Below are positions 29,078-39,417 of a stretch of 64,000 bases of DNA, one piece after another. The stretch lies in NCBI GenBank assembly GCA_038205305.1, contig JBBRBZ010000003.1:440-64439 (forward strand). Direction: 5' to 3'. The notes below the pieces were generated by a model. It did not search any database, had not been told where the DNA came from, and was given only the letters and a program-made list of their open reading frames with translations. The stretch comes from Gemmatimonadales bacterium. GTDB lineage: Bacteria; Gemmatimonadota; Gemmatimonadetes; Gemmatimonadales; GWC2-71-9. A program made the position numbers and the translations under genes. The stretch's first letter is position 1, and each line of letters begins with the position of its first letter.

Positions 29078-30343
29078 TCACGGCTTGGGGGCGACCGCTG
29101 CCGGGCGTGTGAGTCGGTAGACCTCGAGCGCTATCATCCCGGTGCTGGTGTCCTCCCGACGGAGGAGGATCCGATCCCCGGCGATCGCGAGCACCGACCC
29201 CAGAGGAGTGTCCACCCGTCCGATCGCCTCGCCGTTGGCGTTGAAGATGATCCAGGAACGCACCTTGTCCAGCAGCGAGAAGCCGCGGTTGACCCAGAAA
29301 TTTCCCGCGTTGTCAGTAAGCAACTGGGCGACCGGCGGAAGCTTCTCTGCAAAGACCGTCTCGTCCACCTTCTTGAGTTCCGCGTCCATGACATCGGGCG
29401 GCACCATCCCCTTCATTCGGCCGTACGCCTCGCGCACTGTGGCTTTGTACTTCTCCTGGTCAGCGGCGACGACGGCGCGTTCGGGCAGCTTCATTCGCAC
29501 CACGCGCAGCAGCTTGCCGCTGGCATCGTGGACTTCCACCTCCATCTGATCTCCGGCGCTCAGGTACCACCGGTCCGTGCCGGCGACCACCTGCGGCACG
29601 GCGCCGAAGATCACCGGCTTGGGAATCGACGTCGCCTGCCCCGCCAGCATCGTCGTCGCGGTCACCATCTCGACGCCGCGGGAGACGGCCAGCGTGTCGT
29701 AGCGATCGGTCCGTGGGTTGAGGCCGAGGACCACAAGCCGATTGCGATATGGCTTCGGTGGGCCGGCCGGCGCGGAATCGCTGGTCATGTCGAGAGTGAA
29801 GAGAAAGGTGCCGTCCTGCAGACGCCCGCGAAGCGAAGCCGGAACTCGCGCATTCACCGGCGGCAGCACCCGCTCCCCGAGTGGCATCCCGTTCGCCGCA
29901 AAGGTGAGGCCCTTCATCTGCGTCGCGTCGAATGCGAAGATGGTGTCGGCGCCAATCGGGAAGAGTCGAGAGACGACCTGGAACTCACCCGGACCATTGC
30001 CGGGCGCGCCGAGTCGGGCTTCACGAGAACCGGCGGGCGAGAAGAGCAGGAGCTCCGCCGGATTGTTGGTCGAGACCACCGCGCGGCCATCAGCCAACAG
30101 CGTGCCCGCCACCGTCGACGAAAGATTCATTGTCGCATCCACCGAATCGCCACCAAGCTGCAGGAGCGGCTTGTCGGAAATCGCCCAGTGTGAGGTCGAG
30201 TCCCAGGCGCTCGCGGGGTAGCTGAGGATCGTGACACCCGAAGAATCACGGGTAACCAGCGTGGTCGGGTTGTCGCTGCTGCCGCAGGCGGTCATGAGGG
30301 CGAGCAGCAGTGGCAGGGACACGAGGGATATTGGACGCCGCAT
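29078..30343 (-). CDS. Lipoprotein, putative beta-propeller, paralog 1
   Basis: MRRPISLVSLPLLLALMTAC lipobox. Shares architecture and short motifs with the next gene (RDSSGVTIL / RDSAGVIIV; GNFWV / GRLWV; C-terminal RILLRRED..ALEVYRL / RVVLRQLD..HLEVRRL). Confidence 0.65.
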   Translation of the reverse strand: MRRPISLVSLPLLLALMTACGSSDNPTTLVTRDSSGVTILSYPASAWDSTSHWAISDKPLLQLGGDSVDATMNLSSTVAGTLLADGRAVVSTNNPAELLLFSPAGSREARLGAPGNGPGEFQVVSRLFPIGADTIFAFDATQMKGLTFAANGMPLGERVLPPVNARVPASLRGRLQDGTFLFTLDMTSDSAPAGPPKPYRNRLVVLGLNPRTDRYDTLAVSRGVEMVTATTMLAGQATSIPKPVIFGAVPQVVAGTDRWYLSAGDQMEVEVHDASGKLLRVVRMKLPERAVVAADQEKYKATVREAYGRMKGMVPPDVMDAELKKVDETVFAEKLPPVAQLLTDNAGNFWVNRGFSLLDKVRSWIIFNANGEAIGRVDTPLGSVLAIAGDRILLRREDTSTGMIALEVYRLTRPAAVAPKP

Positions 30344-30370
30344 CGGGGCAACTCCAAAAATGAGCGCTGT

Positions 30371-31615
30371 TCAGGGATCGGACTTCAAGCTACCAAGTCG
30401 GCGTACTTCGAGGTGGCCCACCCCATCGGCGTCGAGTTGACGGAGGACGACCCGATCGGTGTCCGCGGCCAGCAGCCGTTGTTTGACGGGCACTGCCAGC
30501 CGACCCGCCAGCTTTCCCGCCTCGCTGAAGACGGCATAGTACCGCAGTGAGTCGAGCGGTCCGACGTACTCACCGACCCAGAGACGGCCGTCACGACCAG
30601 CGATGAAATCCTCGTACGGTGGCAACGAGTCGGCGAACTGCATCCGCTTGATGCGGGCAATCCAGTTTGCGATGATCGGATCGTTGGCTGGCCTGGTGTG
30701 GTTGCTGAAGGCGCGCCGCAACTCCCTGGCCCGGGTCGAATCGCGCATCTCCCCGATCACCGGCCGGCTCCCTTCGTGGAGCACCACCCGGCGAACCAGT
30801 ACCCCGGCCGCGTTGCGGACCTCGAACGTCCGGCCATTGCTCTCCGCCACCACGATCATGTTCTGCCATGGTGTCGCGGACGACTCCTTGCCAAACTCGT
30901 AATACTCCGGCCCACTGTTCTTGGTGTCGCCGCCAGCACTGGGCGAGTTGGCGTACTGCTCCCCCAGTCGATGACTCGCCACGGTGTCGATTTTCCCATG
31001 GGGGTGCAGCCGCACCAGCAACATATGATCGCGATGAATTGGGCCGGGATCACTTCGCGAACCCCTCTCGTCGTAGGTCATCGCCAGCATGGTGCCATCC
31101 GCCTCGCGGGCCAGCACGCTGCCCATCTGGCGTGGTCCAGTTCCTCCGGGAAGTTCCGTCGTCAGAAAGTTGAGGTCGGCATCGAGCAGCGCGACGCGTC
31201 CGTTGGACAAGTCCATGATCATGAGCGTGTCGGGCGCAATCCAGTGCATCTCACTGGCACCGTTGAACTCTTCAGGACCGGCGCCTTTTCGTCCAGCGAC
31301 CTTCACCAATTGTCCTGCTGTGTCATAGGCCATCACGCGCTGATCGCGCAGATCGAGCATCAGGAGTTGATGCTCCTTGCCAAACAGCACGCCTCGCGCG
31401 AAGACCCCTGTGCCGGGAAAGTCGTCGACACCTTCGACGTACGGCGCAATGGTATCGCCGAGCGAGAGTTGCCGAGTCGTGGCGAGGGCGTTGAGCGGAT
31501 GTTCGACAATGATGACACCGGCCGAGTCGCGCACGACAAGGCTGGCCGGCACCTTCGCCGTTGGTCGACACGCAGTGACGAGGGAAGCAAGGATCAACAG
31601 GTGCCAGAGTTTCAT
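30371..31615 (-). CDS. Lipoprotein, putative beta-propeller, paralog 2
   Basis: MKLWHLLILASLVTAC lipobox. Collinear similarity to 29078..30343 (see that entry). Confidence 0.65.
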   Translation of the reverse strand: MKLWHLLILASLVTACRPTAKVPASLVVRDSAGVIIVEHPLNALATTRQLSLGDTIAPYVEGVDDFPGTGVFARGVLFGKEHQLLMLDLRDQRVMAYDTAGQLVKVAGRKGAGPEEFNGASEMHWIAPDTLMIMDLSNGRVALLDADLNFLTTELPGGTGPRQMGSVLAREADGTMLAMTYDERGSRSDPGPIHRDHMLLVRLHPHGKIDTVASHRLGEQYANSPSAGGDTKNSGPEYYEFGKESSATPWQNMIVVAESNGRTFEVRNAAGVLVRRVVLHEGSRPVIGEMRDSTRARELRRAFSNHTRPANDPIIANWIARIKRMQFADSLPPYEDFIAGRDGRLWVGEYVGPLDSLRYYAVFSEAGKLAGRLAVPVKQRLLAADTDRVVLRQLDADGVGHLEVRRLGSLKSDP

Positions 31616-31654
31616 GGGTACGTCCTTGTGGAGGTCCGTCCTCGCCCCTCGCTT

Positions 31655-31675
31655 CTCCGTTCTCCGTTCTCCGTT
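31655..31675. repeat. Single-arm heptamer array (CTCCGTT)x3
   Basis: Three perfect units ending 3 nt before the Nif3-like stop (31679). Confidence 0.85.
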
Positions 31676-31678
31676 TTT

Positions 31679-32446
31679 CTACATCCCCGTCGGATGATCG
31701 TGGAACTCGCACTTCAAGCCGAACTGCGCCGCGACCAGTTCACCCAGGGCCTTCACGCCAACCGTCTCCGTGGCGTAGTGACCGGCGTAGATGAGATTCA
31801 CGCCCCCCTCCAGCGCGTCGAAGGTGGTATGGTGACTCCCTTCGCCGGTGATGAAGGTGTCGAGCCCCGCCGCGGCCGCGGCCCCGACTCGCCCCCCTGC
31901 CCCACCAGTGATGATCCCGACCCTGGTGGTGGTCTCGGGACCGCCAGGCACCAGATGCACCCTGGTGTGGAGGAGTTCACCGATTCGGGTGACGAGGGTG
32001 TCCCGTGGCATGATCAGCACACCGGACGCTCCGAAGGGGAGCCCCTTGTAGCTGTCGAATGGCACCGGATCGAGCACGCCGAGCAGCTGGGCCAGCACGG
32101 CGTTGTTCCCCACCACTGGGTGCATGTCGAGCGGAAGGTGGCTGGAATAGAGTGCGATGTCCCGATCGAGCAGTGCCTTCACCCGGCGGTAGCGCCGATC
32201 AGTCATCGGGAGATTGCCATCCCAGAACAGTCCGTGATGCACCAGCAGCATGATGCCGGGGTCGCATTCCTGCACCACGCGATCGATCGTCTGCTGGGAC
32301 GCATCCACCGCCGACACGAAGCCGGTGACTTCACCGCTATTGCTCACCTGCAATCCGTTGAGCGCGCCATCATAGTCCGGGATGCGGGACGTCTCGAGGT
32401 AGCCATCGAGGTAGTCCACCACCGTGTCGAGCGCGATTGACCTCAT
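31679..32446 (-). CDS. Nif3-like dinuclear metal-centre protein (GTP cyclohydrolase I type 2 family)
   Basis: Start at MRSIALDTVVDYLDGYL. Motifs NGLQV, AVDASQ, LLVHHGLFW, LYSSHLPLDMHP, FITGEGSHH, AGHYATE. Confidence 0.85.
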   Translation of the reverse strand: MRSIALDTVVDYLDGYLETSRIPDYDGALNGLQVSNSGEVTGFVSAVDASQQTIDRVVQECDPGIMLLVHHGLFWDGNLPMTDRRYRRVKALLDRDIALYSSHLPLDMHPVVGNNAVLAQLLGVLDPVPFDSYKGLPFGASGVLIMPRDTLVTRIGELLHTRVHLVPGGPETTTRVGIITGGAGGRVGAAAAAGLDTFITGEGSHHTTFDALEGGVNLIYAGHYATETVGVKALGELVAAQFGLKCEFHDHPTGM

Positions 32447-32489
32447 GAGGTTTCCCTGCCCGCGAGCAGCAGCAATCGGCGCATGAACC

Positions 32490-33377
32490 TCACCCTTCGA
32501 AGGGCGCACCGAGAATGATCTCGAGCAGGCGCGCCAAGTCGTCGTTGGAGTAGTAGGAGATGGTGAGCAGTCCGCGTCCTCGTCGCTTGGCGGTGAGGCG
32601 GGCGTCGGTGCCGAGGCGCTGGCGTAGCGCCTCCTCCACGCGACGCGCATCGGCGCTCGCGGGACGCGCGGCGGCGGGCTTCTTCATCATCTTGCCGCGG
32701 GGCTTTTCGAGCGTCTCGCCGCGCACCATCGCCTCGACCTCGCGCACCGAGCGGCCATGCTCCACGATGTCGCGCGCCATGCGGGAAATCTCGCCCGGAT
32801 GCTCGAGTGCGAGCAGCGAGCGGGCATGGCCTTCCGAGAGTTTCTTGGCCTGCAGCAGATCCTGCACATCGACCGGCAACTTGAGCAGTCGCAAGGTGTT
32901 GGCGATGGTCGACCGATCCTTGCCGACCAGTCGCGCAACTTCTGCGGCGGTGACATTGAACTCCGACACCAGACGCTGGTAACCGACCGCGGCGTCGATG
33001 GCCGAGAGGTCGTCGCGCTGCAGGTTCTCGATCAGCGCGAGCGTCAGGACGGTGCGGTCGTCGTAGTCGCGCACCACGGCGGGGATCTTGGACCAGCCGA
33101 GGCGCTGGACCGCGCGCCACCGGCGCTCCCCCGCGATCAGCTCGAAGCGGGAGCCGACAGCGCGCACGATGATCGGTTGCAGCAGCCCCGATGCGGCGAT
33201 CGACGCGGCAAGCTCCGCCAGACCCTCGTCGTCGAAGGTACGGCGGGGCTGGAACGGGTTGGCCGATATCGAGGTGACCGGCAGCTCCTTCAGGGCGCCG
33301 CTGGCCTCGGCCTGTTGCCGGGATACTGGTCCGAGCAGAGCTTCAAGTCCGCGTCCAAGTCGTTTGCTGTCAGTCAC
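32490..33377 (-). CDS. parB: Chromosome partitioning protein ParB/Spo0J
   Basis: MTDSKRLGRGLEALLG, NPFQPRRTFD, GLLQPIIVR, ELIAGERRWRA, ALIENLQRDDL, HTH region VARLVGKDRSTIANTLRLL. Confidence 0.95.
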   Translation of the reverse strand: MTDSKRLGRGLEALLGPVSRQQAEASGALKELPVTSISANPFQPRRTFDDEGLAELAASIAASGLLQPIIVRAVGSRFELIAGERRWRAVQRLGWSKIPAVVRDYDDRTVLTLALIENLQRDDLSAIDAAVGYQRLVSEFNVTAAEVARLVGKDRSTIANTLRLLKLPVDVQDLLQAKKLSEGHARSLLALEHPGEISRMARDIVEHGRSVREVEAMVRGETLEKPRGKMMKKPAAARPASADARRVEEALRQRLGTDARLTAKRRGRGLLTISYYSNDDLARLLEIILGAPFEG

Positions 33378-34171
33378 TTAGATGCCTCCTCGCCCTTGTG
33401 AAGCGCCTCGGTGCGTTTGATCAACTCCTGGGCGACAGCGAGGTAGCTCTTGGCGCCAATGGACTGGACGTCATAGAGCAGGATCGGCTTCCCGAACGAC
33501 GGCGCTTCGGCCAAGCGGACATTGCGCGGGATGACGGTACGGAAGACCGTGGGCCCGAAGTACTCCCGCGCCTCGCTCACCACCTGCTTGGAGAGATTGA
33601 GACGGGCGTCATACATGGTGAGGAGGACGCCGTCGATGGCGAAGTCGGGGTTGAAGTTCTGCTGTACGAGGCGTATCGTGTTGATAAGTTGCGAGATACC
33701 TTCCAACGCATAGTACTCGCACTGGATCGGAATGATCACGGCATCGGCTGCAGTCAGAACGTTCAGCGTCACCAAGCCAAGGGATGGCGGGCAGTCGATC
33801 AGGATGTAGTCGTAGTCGTCCTGGACCGTCGCGAGCGCTCTGCGCAATATCGTCTCCCGTTCGCCGATCGCCACCAGCTCGATCTCCGCCCCAATCAGGT
33901 CTTGGGTGGCTGGGATCACATGGAGGAAGGGGAGCTGTGGATCGTGACGGATCACCTCGCTCACTGGCATCGAGTCAATCATCACGTCGTAGAGCGACCG
34001 CTCCACCGCCCCCTTCTCAATGCCGACCCCAGATGTGGCGTTCCCCTGTGGGTCAGCGTCGATCAGCAGCGTTCTCCGCTCCCCGATAGCCAGGGAGGCA
34101 GCGAGGTTCACGGCGGTGGTGGTCTTTCCAACCCCACCCTTCTGGTTGGCAATCGCGATCGTTCTGGCCAT
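33374..34171 (-). CDS. parA: Chromosome partitioning ATPase ParA/Soj
   Basis: Start at MARTIAIANQKGGVGKTTTAVNLAASLA (deviant Walker A; ATG complement 34169-34171). The rest of track ORF 33374..34480 reads through repeats. 4-nt overlap with parB. Confidence 0.95.
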   Translation of the reverse strand: MARTIAIANQKGGVGKTTTAVNLAASLAIGERRTLLIDADPQGNATSGVGIEKGAVERSLYDVMIDSMPVSEVIRHDPQLPFLHVIPATQDLIGAEIELVAIGERETILRRALATVQDDYDYILIDCPPSLGLVTLNVLTAADAVIIPIQCEYYALEGISQLINTIRLVQQNFNPDFAIDGVLLTMYDARLNLSKQVVSEAREYFGPTVFRTVIPRNVRLAEAPSFGKPILLYDVQSIGAKSYLAVAQELIKRTEALHKGEEASK

Positions 34172-34243
34172 GGCTGGTCGGAATCCCGGGGAAACGAGGA
34201 AATTCTGACCAATAATACCCGGGGCAGAGCTCAATCGACAGCA

Positions 34244-34327
34244 GGAGAGGAGAACGGAGAACAGAGGACAGAGAACAGAGGACAGAGAACGGAGGGCGGA
34301 GGGCGGAGGGCGGAGGGCGGAAAACGG
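34244..34327. repeat. Heptamer array, purine arm, 12 units (longest in window)
   Basis: Units are GGAGAGG AGAACGG AGAACAG AGGACAG AGAACAG AGGACAG AGAACGG, then AGGGCGG x4, then AAAACGG. Confirmed by the read-out in track ORF 33398..34360. Confidence 0.9.
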
Positions 34328-34348
34328 ATGACGCAGCAGAAGCGGGTT

Positions 34349-34364
34349 CGTTTCACGTGAAACG
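34349..34364. promoter_or_regulatory. parS: parS centromere-like site (ParB binding)
   Basis: CGTTTCACGTGAAACG is a perfect 16-bp palindrome. It matches the canonical TGTTNCACGTGAAACA at the inner 14 positions and lies about 180 bp upstream of parA. Confidence 0.85.
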
Positions 34365-34553
34365 TGCCCTTTCGATGCCGGGGCCAGGCGACCACCAACC
34401 GGGTACCACCCGTTCCTCGATCGATAACGATACATTCGACCGTAAACAATTACACCGCAAACACTTACTAGTAGCAGCACAACAAACTACTTCACTACGA
34501 TAGCGCCACACAAACAGTTCCTCGAGACTTCAGGCGACTCGGATCCTCCACCC

Positions 34554-35906
<1,353 letters not shown>

Positions 35907-35910
<4 letters not shown>

Positions 35911-36857
35911 GCGACCTCCTGGTTCGCCGGCGCCTTGGCGGCATCGCCCACCTTGGCGATAAAGATCGACTGCAGCGAAGGCTCGACCACTTCAAAGCGG
36001 CGCAATCCAACACCCTCACCCACCAGTGCTGCGAGGAGCGCATCCGCCGTGCCGGTGGACGCGAGCTCCACCTCGGCGCTCGCCCCGTAGTCGTCCACTC
36101 TGGCAATCAGCTGACGATCGGCCAGGATGCGCGCCGCCCGCTCCTTGTCATGCGTGAACTCCAGCGCAATATGGTTGCCGCCGAATTCAGCTTTAACCTC
36201 AGCAAGCGAACCGTCGACGACCTTCTCGCCCCGAGCGATGATCACCACCCGGTCGCACATCTTCTCCGCCTGCTCCATGATGTGGGTCGAGAAGAGCACG
36301 GTGCGACCACTCTTGGCGATGTCCACCACCACGTCCTTCATCACCTGAGAATTGACCGGATCGAGACCGGAAAACGGCTCATCCAGAATGACCAGATCCG
36401 GATCATGGAGGAGCGTCCCGGCAAACTGCACCTTCTGCTGCATCCCCTTGGACAGATCCTCGACCTTCTTCTGACTCCACTCGCCCAGTCCGAGGCGCTC
36501 CAACCAGGCAAGCGAGCGGCGCTTCGCCTCGGACGTCTTGAGCCCCTTGATCTCGCCCAGAAAGACGAGCTGGTCGAGCACCTTCATCTTCTTGTAGAGG
36601 CCGCGCTCCTCGGGGAGGTAGCCAAGCCGCTCCGACATCTCGCGCGGCGACTTCTCCGACCCAAAGAGCATGATCTTCCCCTCGTCCGGTTCGATGATGT
36701 CCATCATCATCCGGATCGACGTCGACTTTCCCGCCCCGTTGGGTCCGAGCAGACCGAAGATCCCCCCGGTGGGGACGTCAAGCGAAAGGGACTTTACGGC
36801 GGTGTGGCCAGAGAAACGCTTGGTCACACCCTCCACTCGGACGGCATACGATGACAT
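35907..36857 (-). CDS. ABC transporter ATP-binding protein (NatA-like)
   Basis: Start at MSSYAVRVEGVTKRF. Walker A GPNGAGKST, signature LSKGMQQKV, Walker B LVILDEP. Confidence 0.9.
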
Positions 36858-36977
36858 CTGGGGCTCCTCAACAAGGAATACTCGGAGACACGTACTGCAA
36901 CGTGTCCCCGATGGTTTCATCGGATCGAATGTAAGGGGGAGTTGGGGAGGGGGGGGTTGAGAGCCCCTCCTGGTCAG

Positions 36978-37253
36978 CTACGCAGAGAAGCGGCGGACCC
37001 CGCCGAACTGATCGTCGGGGATGAGGATGTGCTTCTGGTCAACCGGCACCCCAAATTTCAGTAGTTGCGCTAACCACTCCTCCTTGGGAATGGTCACCGA
37101 AGCCGGATCATAGATCGCGAGGTCATGCAGCAGCACCCCGCGCGGGGTCTTTTCGTGCCAACGACCGACCACGGTCCGGCCATCGCGGAGCTCGACCACC
37201 ACGGTCACCCCGTGGAGGTCGTCGTGGCCGGGGTGGAAGACGTGCCCGCTCAC
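36978..37253 (-). CDS. Hypothetical 91-aa protein, last gene of the suf-brx transcription unit
   Basis: GTG start overlaps the bacilliredoxin stop (GTGA). MSGHVFHPGHDDLHGVTVVVELRDGRTVVGRWHEK.. looks like a small beta-rich domain. No family recognised. Confidence 0.55.
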   Translation of the reverse strand: MSGHVFHPGHDDLHGVTVVVELRDGRTVVGRWHEKTPRGVLLHDLAIYDPASVTIPKEEWLAQLLKFGVPVDQKHILIPDDQFGGVRRFSA

Positions 37254-37669
37254 CCGCAGTGAGCGTCGAAAGCGGTGATGAGGTCCGCCGCGACCTGCTC
37301 CGCCGAGCGCCCCTCGATCTGGTGCCGATGGACGAAGGCCACCACCTCGCCCCCCTTGAGCAGGGCGACCGACGGCGATGACGGCCGGTACTCACCGAAG
37401 TAAGAGCGCGCCCGCGCCGTGGCCTCAAGATCCTGCCCGGCAAAGACCGTGTAGCTCTTGTTCGGAAGCTTGGCGTTGGCCAGTGCCTTGGTGAGCGCCG
37501 GACGAGCCATGCCCGCCGCACAGCCGCACACCGAATTGACGAACACCAGCGCAGTGCCTTCATGGGCAGCGAGCGCGGCGTCGACATCGGCGACGGTACG
37601 AAGTTCCTGCACGCCGAGGCGAGTGACTTCCTCACGCATCGGCTTGACCATCATTTCTGGATACGGCAT
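37250..37669 (-). CDS. Bacilliredoxin BrxA/BrxB (YphP/YqiW, DUF1094) family thiol-disulfide protein
   Basis: Start at MPYPEMMVKPMREE. Active-site CGC in VFVNSVCGCAAG; motifs YTVFAGQD, PSSPSVALLKGGE. Confidence 0.8.
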   Translation of the reverse strand: MPYPEMMVKPMREEVTRLGVQELRTVADVDAALAAHEGTALVFVNSVCGCAAGMARPALTKALANAKLPNKSYTVFAGQDLEATARARSYFGEYRPSSPSVALLKGGEVVAFVHRHQIEGRSAEQVAADLITAFDAHCG

Positions 37670-37697
37670 TTCACAAGACTCCGAGTATTGGGTTGGA

Positions 37698-37791
37698 GGA
37701 GAATAGAGAACAGAGAACAGAGAACAGAGAACCGCGAACAACCGCCCGTCCCCCAGCTCAATCCTCCGTTCTCCGTTCTCCGTTCTCTGTC
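37698..37791. repeat. Inverted heptamer-array element, GGAGAAC type, 6+4 units
   Basis: Left arm 37698-37739 is GGAGAAT, AGAGAAC x4, CGCGAAC. Right arm 37764-37791 is CTCCGTT x3 then CTCTGTC. The right arm lies inside the last codons of sufU. Confidence 0.9.
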
Positions 37792-38204
37792 AGCGCTTCC
37801 TTCATCACATGCCACCCCATCGTGGCGCACTTGACCCGCATCGGATACGCGGCGACTCCCTTGAAGGCGACCAGCTTGCCGAGCGCCGCTTCGTCGGTGG
37901 GCTCACCTGTCACCAGCGCATGAAAGCGGTCGAAGAGTTCCCGGGCCTCGGCGATGGTCTTCCCCTTGATGGCGGCCGTCATCATCGAGACCGACGCCTT
38001 GGAGATGGCACAGCCCTGCCCCTGGAATCCCACGTCGGTAATCTTGCTGTCGGCGTCGATGACGAGGTCGAGCGAGACTTCGTCGCCACAGAGCGGATTC
38101 CGGCCGTCGCAGTGATGGGTCGGCGCCGCCAGCGGCTGGTAGTTCCTGGGTGAGCGCGCATGCTCGATGATGACGGCCTGGTACATCTCGTCGGTGGCGG
38201 CCAT
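37758..38204 (-). CDS. sufU: SUF system Fe-S scaffold/sulfur acceptor SufU (NifU N-terminal-like)
   Basis: YQAVIIEHARSPRN, NPLCGDEV, GQGCAISKASVSMM, VKCATMGW. The C-terminal TENGERRTED is read from the repeat arm. Confidence 0.9.
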   Translation of the reverse strand: MAATDEMYQAVIIEHARSPRNYQPLAAPTHHCDGRNPLCGDEVSLDLVIDADSKITDVGFQGQGCAISKASVSMMTAAIKGKTIAEARELFDRFHALVTGEPTDEAALGKLVAFKGVAAYPMRVKCATMGWHVMKEALTENGERRTED

Positions 38205-39413
38205 CTAGTTGAACATCCGCTGGATGCGGACCAGTCCGTGAGCCAGCGTTTCGAGATCGGCCCGCGACGAATACATCGCCAGCGAGGCTCGGGCAGTGGC
38301 CTGAAGACCCAACCGGTGGTGCAACGGCTGGGTGCAGTGATGTCCGGCGCGAATGCAGACACCATCGCCATCGAGCATCGAGGCGATATCGTGGGGGTGC
38401 ACGCCGTCGATCACGAAGGTAAGAATTCCTGCCTTCTCGCGCGCCGTGCCCACCAACCGGAGCCCGGGAATCTCGCCGAGAAGACCGGTGCCGTAGGCGA
38501 GCAGCTCCAGCTCGTCGTGGTGAATGGCGGCGCGGTCGAGCGACTGCAGCCACTGCAGCGCCACGCCAAGACCGAGCGCCCCGGCGATGTGGGGCGTCCC
38601 CGCCTCGAACCGACCCGGCGCGCGCGCGAAGGTGGTGTGCTCGAAGGTGACACGATCAATCATGTCGCCGCCGCCCTGGTAGGGAGGCATCGCCTTCAGC
38701 AGTTCACCACGCACCCAGAGGGCGCCGATTCCGGTGGGGCCGTAAACCTTGTGACCGGAGAAGCAGTAGAAATCACAGCCGAGTGCCTGCACGTCGATGG
38801 GCAAGTGGGGCGCCGCTTGCGCGCCGTCGATCAGCACCGGCACGCCGTGCCGCTTGGCCATTCGGACGAGCTCGGCCACCGGATTGACGGTGCCGAGCGC
38901 GTTCGAAACGTGACAGACTGCGAGCAGGGCTGGACCATTCGCAAGCAGCCGTTCAGCCGCCGCCAGATCCAGCTCCCCGTTGTCGAAGATCGGGATGGCA
39001 ACCGTCTTCGCGCCAGCGAGCTGCCACGGAACGATGTTGGCGTGATGCTCCATCTCGGTGACCAGCACGGTCGTGCCGGGCGTGATCTTCGGCTTGAGGT
39101 ACGACTCGGCGATCAGGTTGATCGCCTCGGTGGTGCCGCGAACAAAGACGATTTCCTCGGCGGACGGTGCCCCCAGAAAACGAGCGACCTCCTCCCGGGC
39201 AGCGTCCCACGCCAAGGTGGCGCGCTCGCTCAGCTCATACACCCCCCGATGGATGGTGCCGTAATCGTGGGCATAGAAACGCGTGATTGCATCGATGACC
39301 ACCTGCGGTTTCTGGGCGGTGGCGGCGCTGTCGAGATAGACGGTGGCCCGCCCCCGCGAGAGCGTCTCGAGGACCGGGAACTCAGCCCGGAGCACAGCTG
39401 CCACGGCGGTCAT
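38205..39413 (-). CDS. sufS: Cysteine desulfurase SufS (group II)
   Basis: FPVL..VYLDSAATAQKP, TVLVTEMEHHANIVPW, SNALGT, FSGHKVYGPTGIG (Lys-PLP), RAGHHCTQP (catalytic Cys). Confidence 0.95.
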   Translation of the reverse strand: MTAVAAVLRAEFPVLETLSRGRATVYLDSAATAQKPQVVIDAITRFYAHDYGTIHRGVYELSERATLAWDAAREEVARFLGAPSAEEIVFVRGTTEAINLIAESYLKPKITPGTTVLVTEMEHHANIVPWQLAGAKTVAIPIFDNGELDLAAAERLLANGPALLAVCHVSNALGTVNPVAELVRMAKRHGVPVLIDGAQAAPHLPIDVQALGCDFYCFSGHKVYGPTGIGALWVRGELLKAMPPYQGGGDMIDRVTFEHTTFARAPGRFEAGTPHIAGALGLGVALQWLQSLDRAAIHHDELELLAYGTGLLGEIPGLRLVGTAREKAGILTFVIDGVHPHDIASMLDGDGVCIRAGHHCTQPLHHRLGLQATARASLAMYSSRADLETLAHGLVRIQRMFN

Positions 39414-39417
39414 CGAG

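Noticed and set aside
34244-34327. Heptamer arrays as coding repeats (ENGERRTENGE, SRLSSLV, RDERRET peptides seen in many track ORFs)
   Set aside because: A 7-nt period cycles through all three frames. The same arrays are read in different frames and strands by different track ORFs, and they lie between well-supported genes. The peptides are by-products of the repeats.
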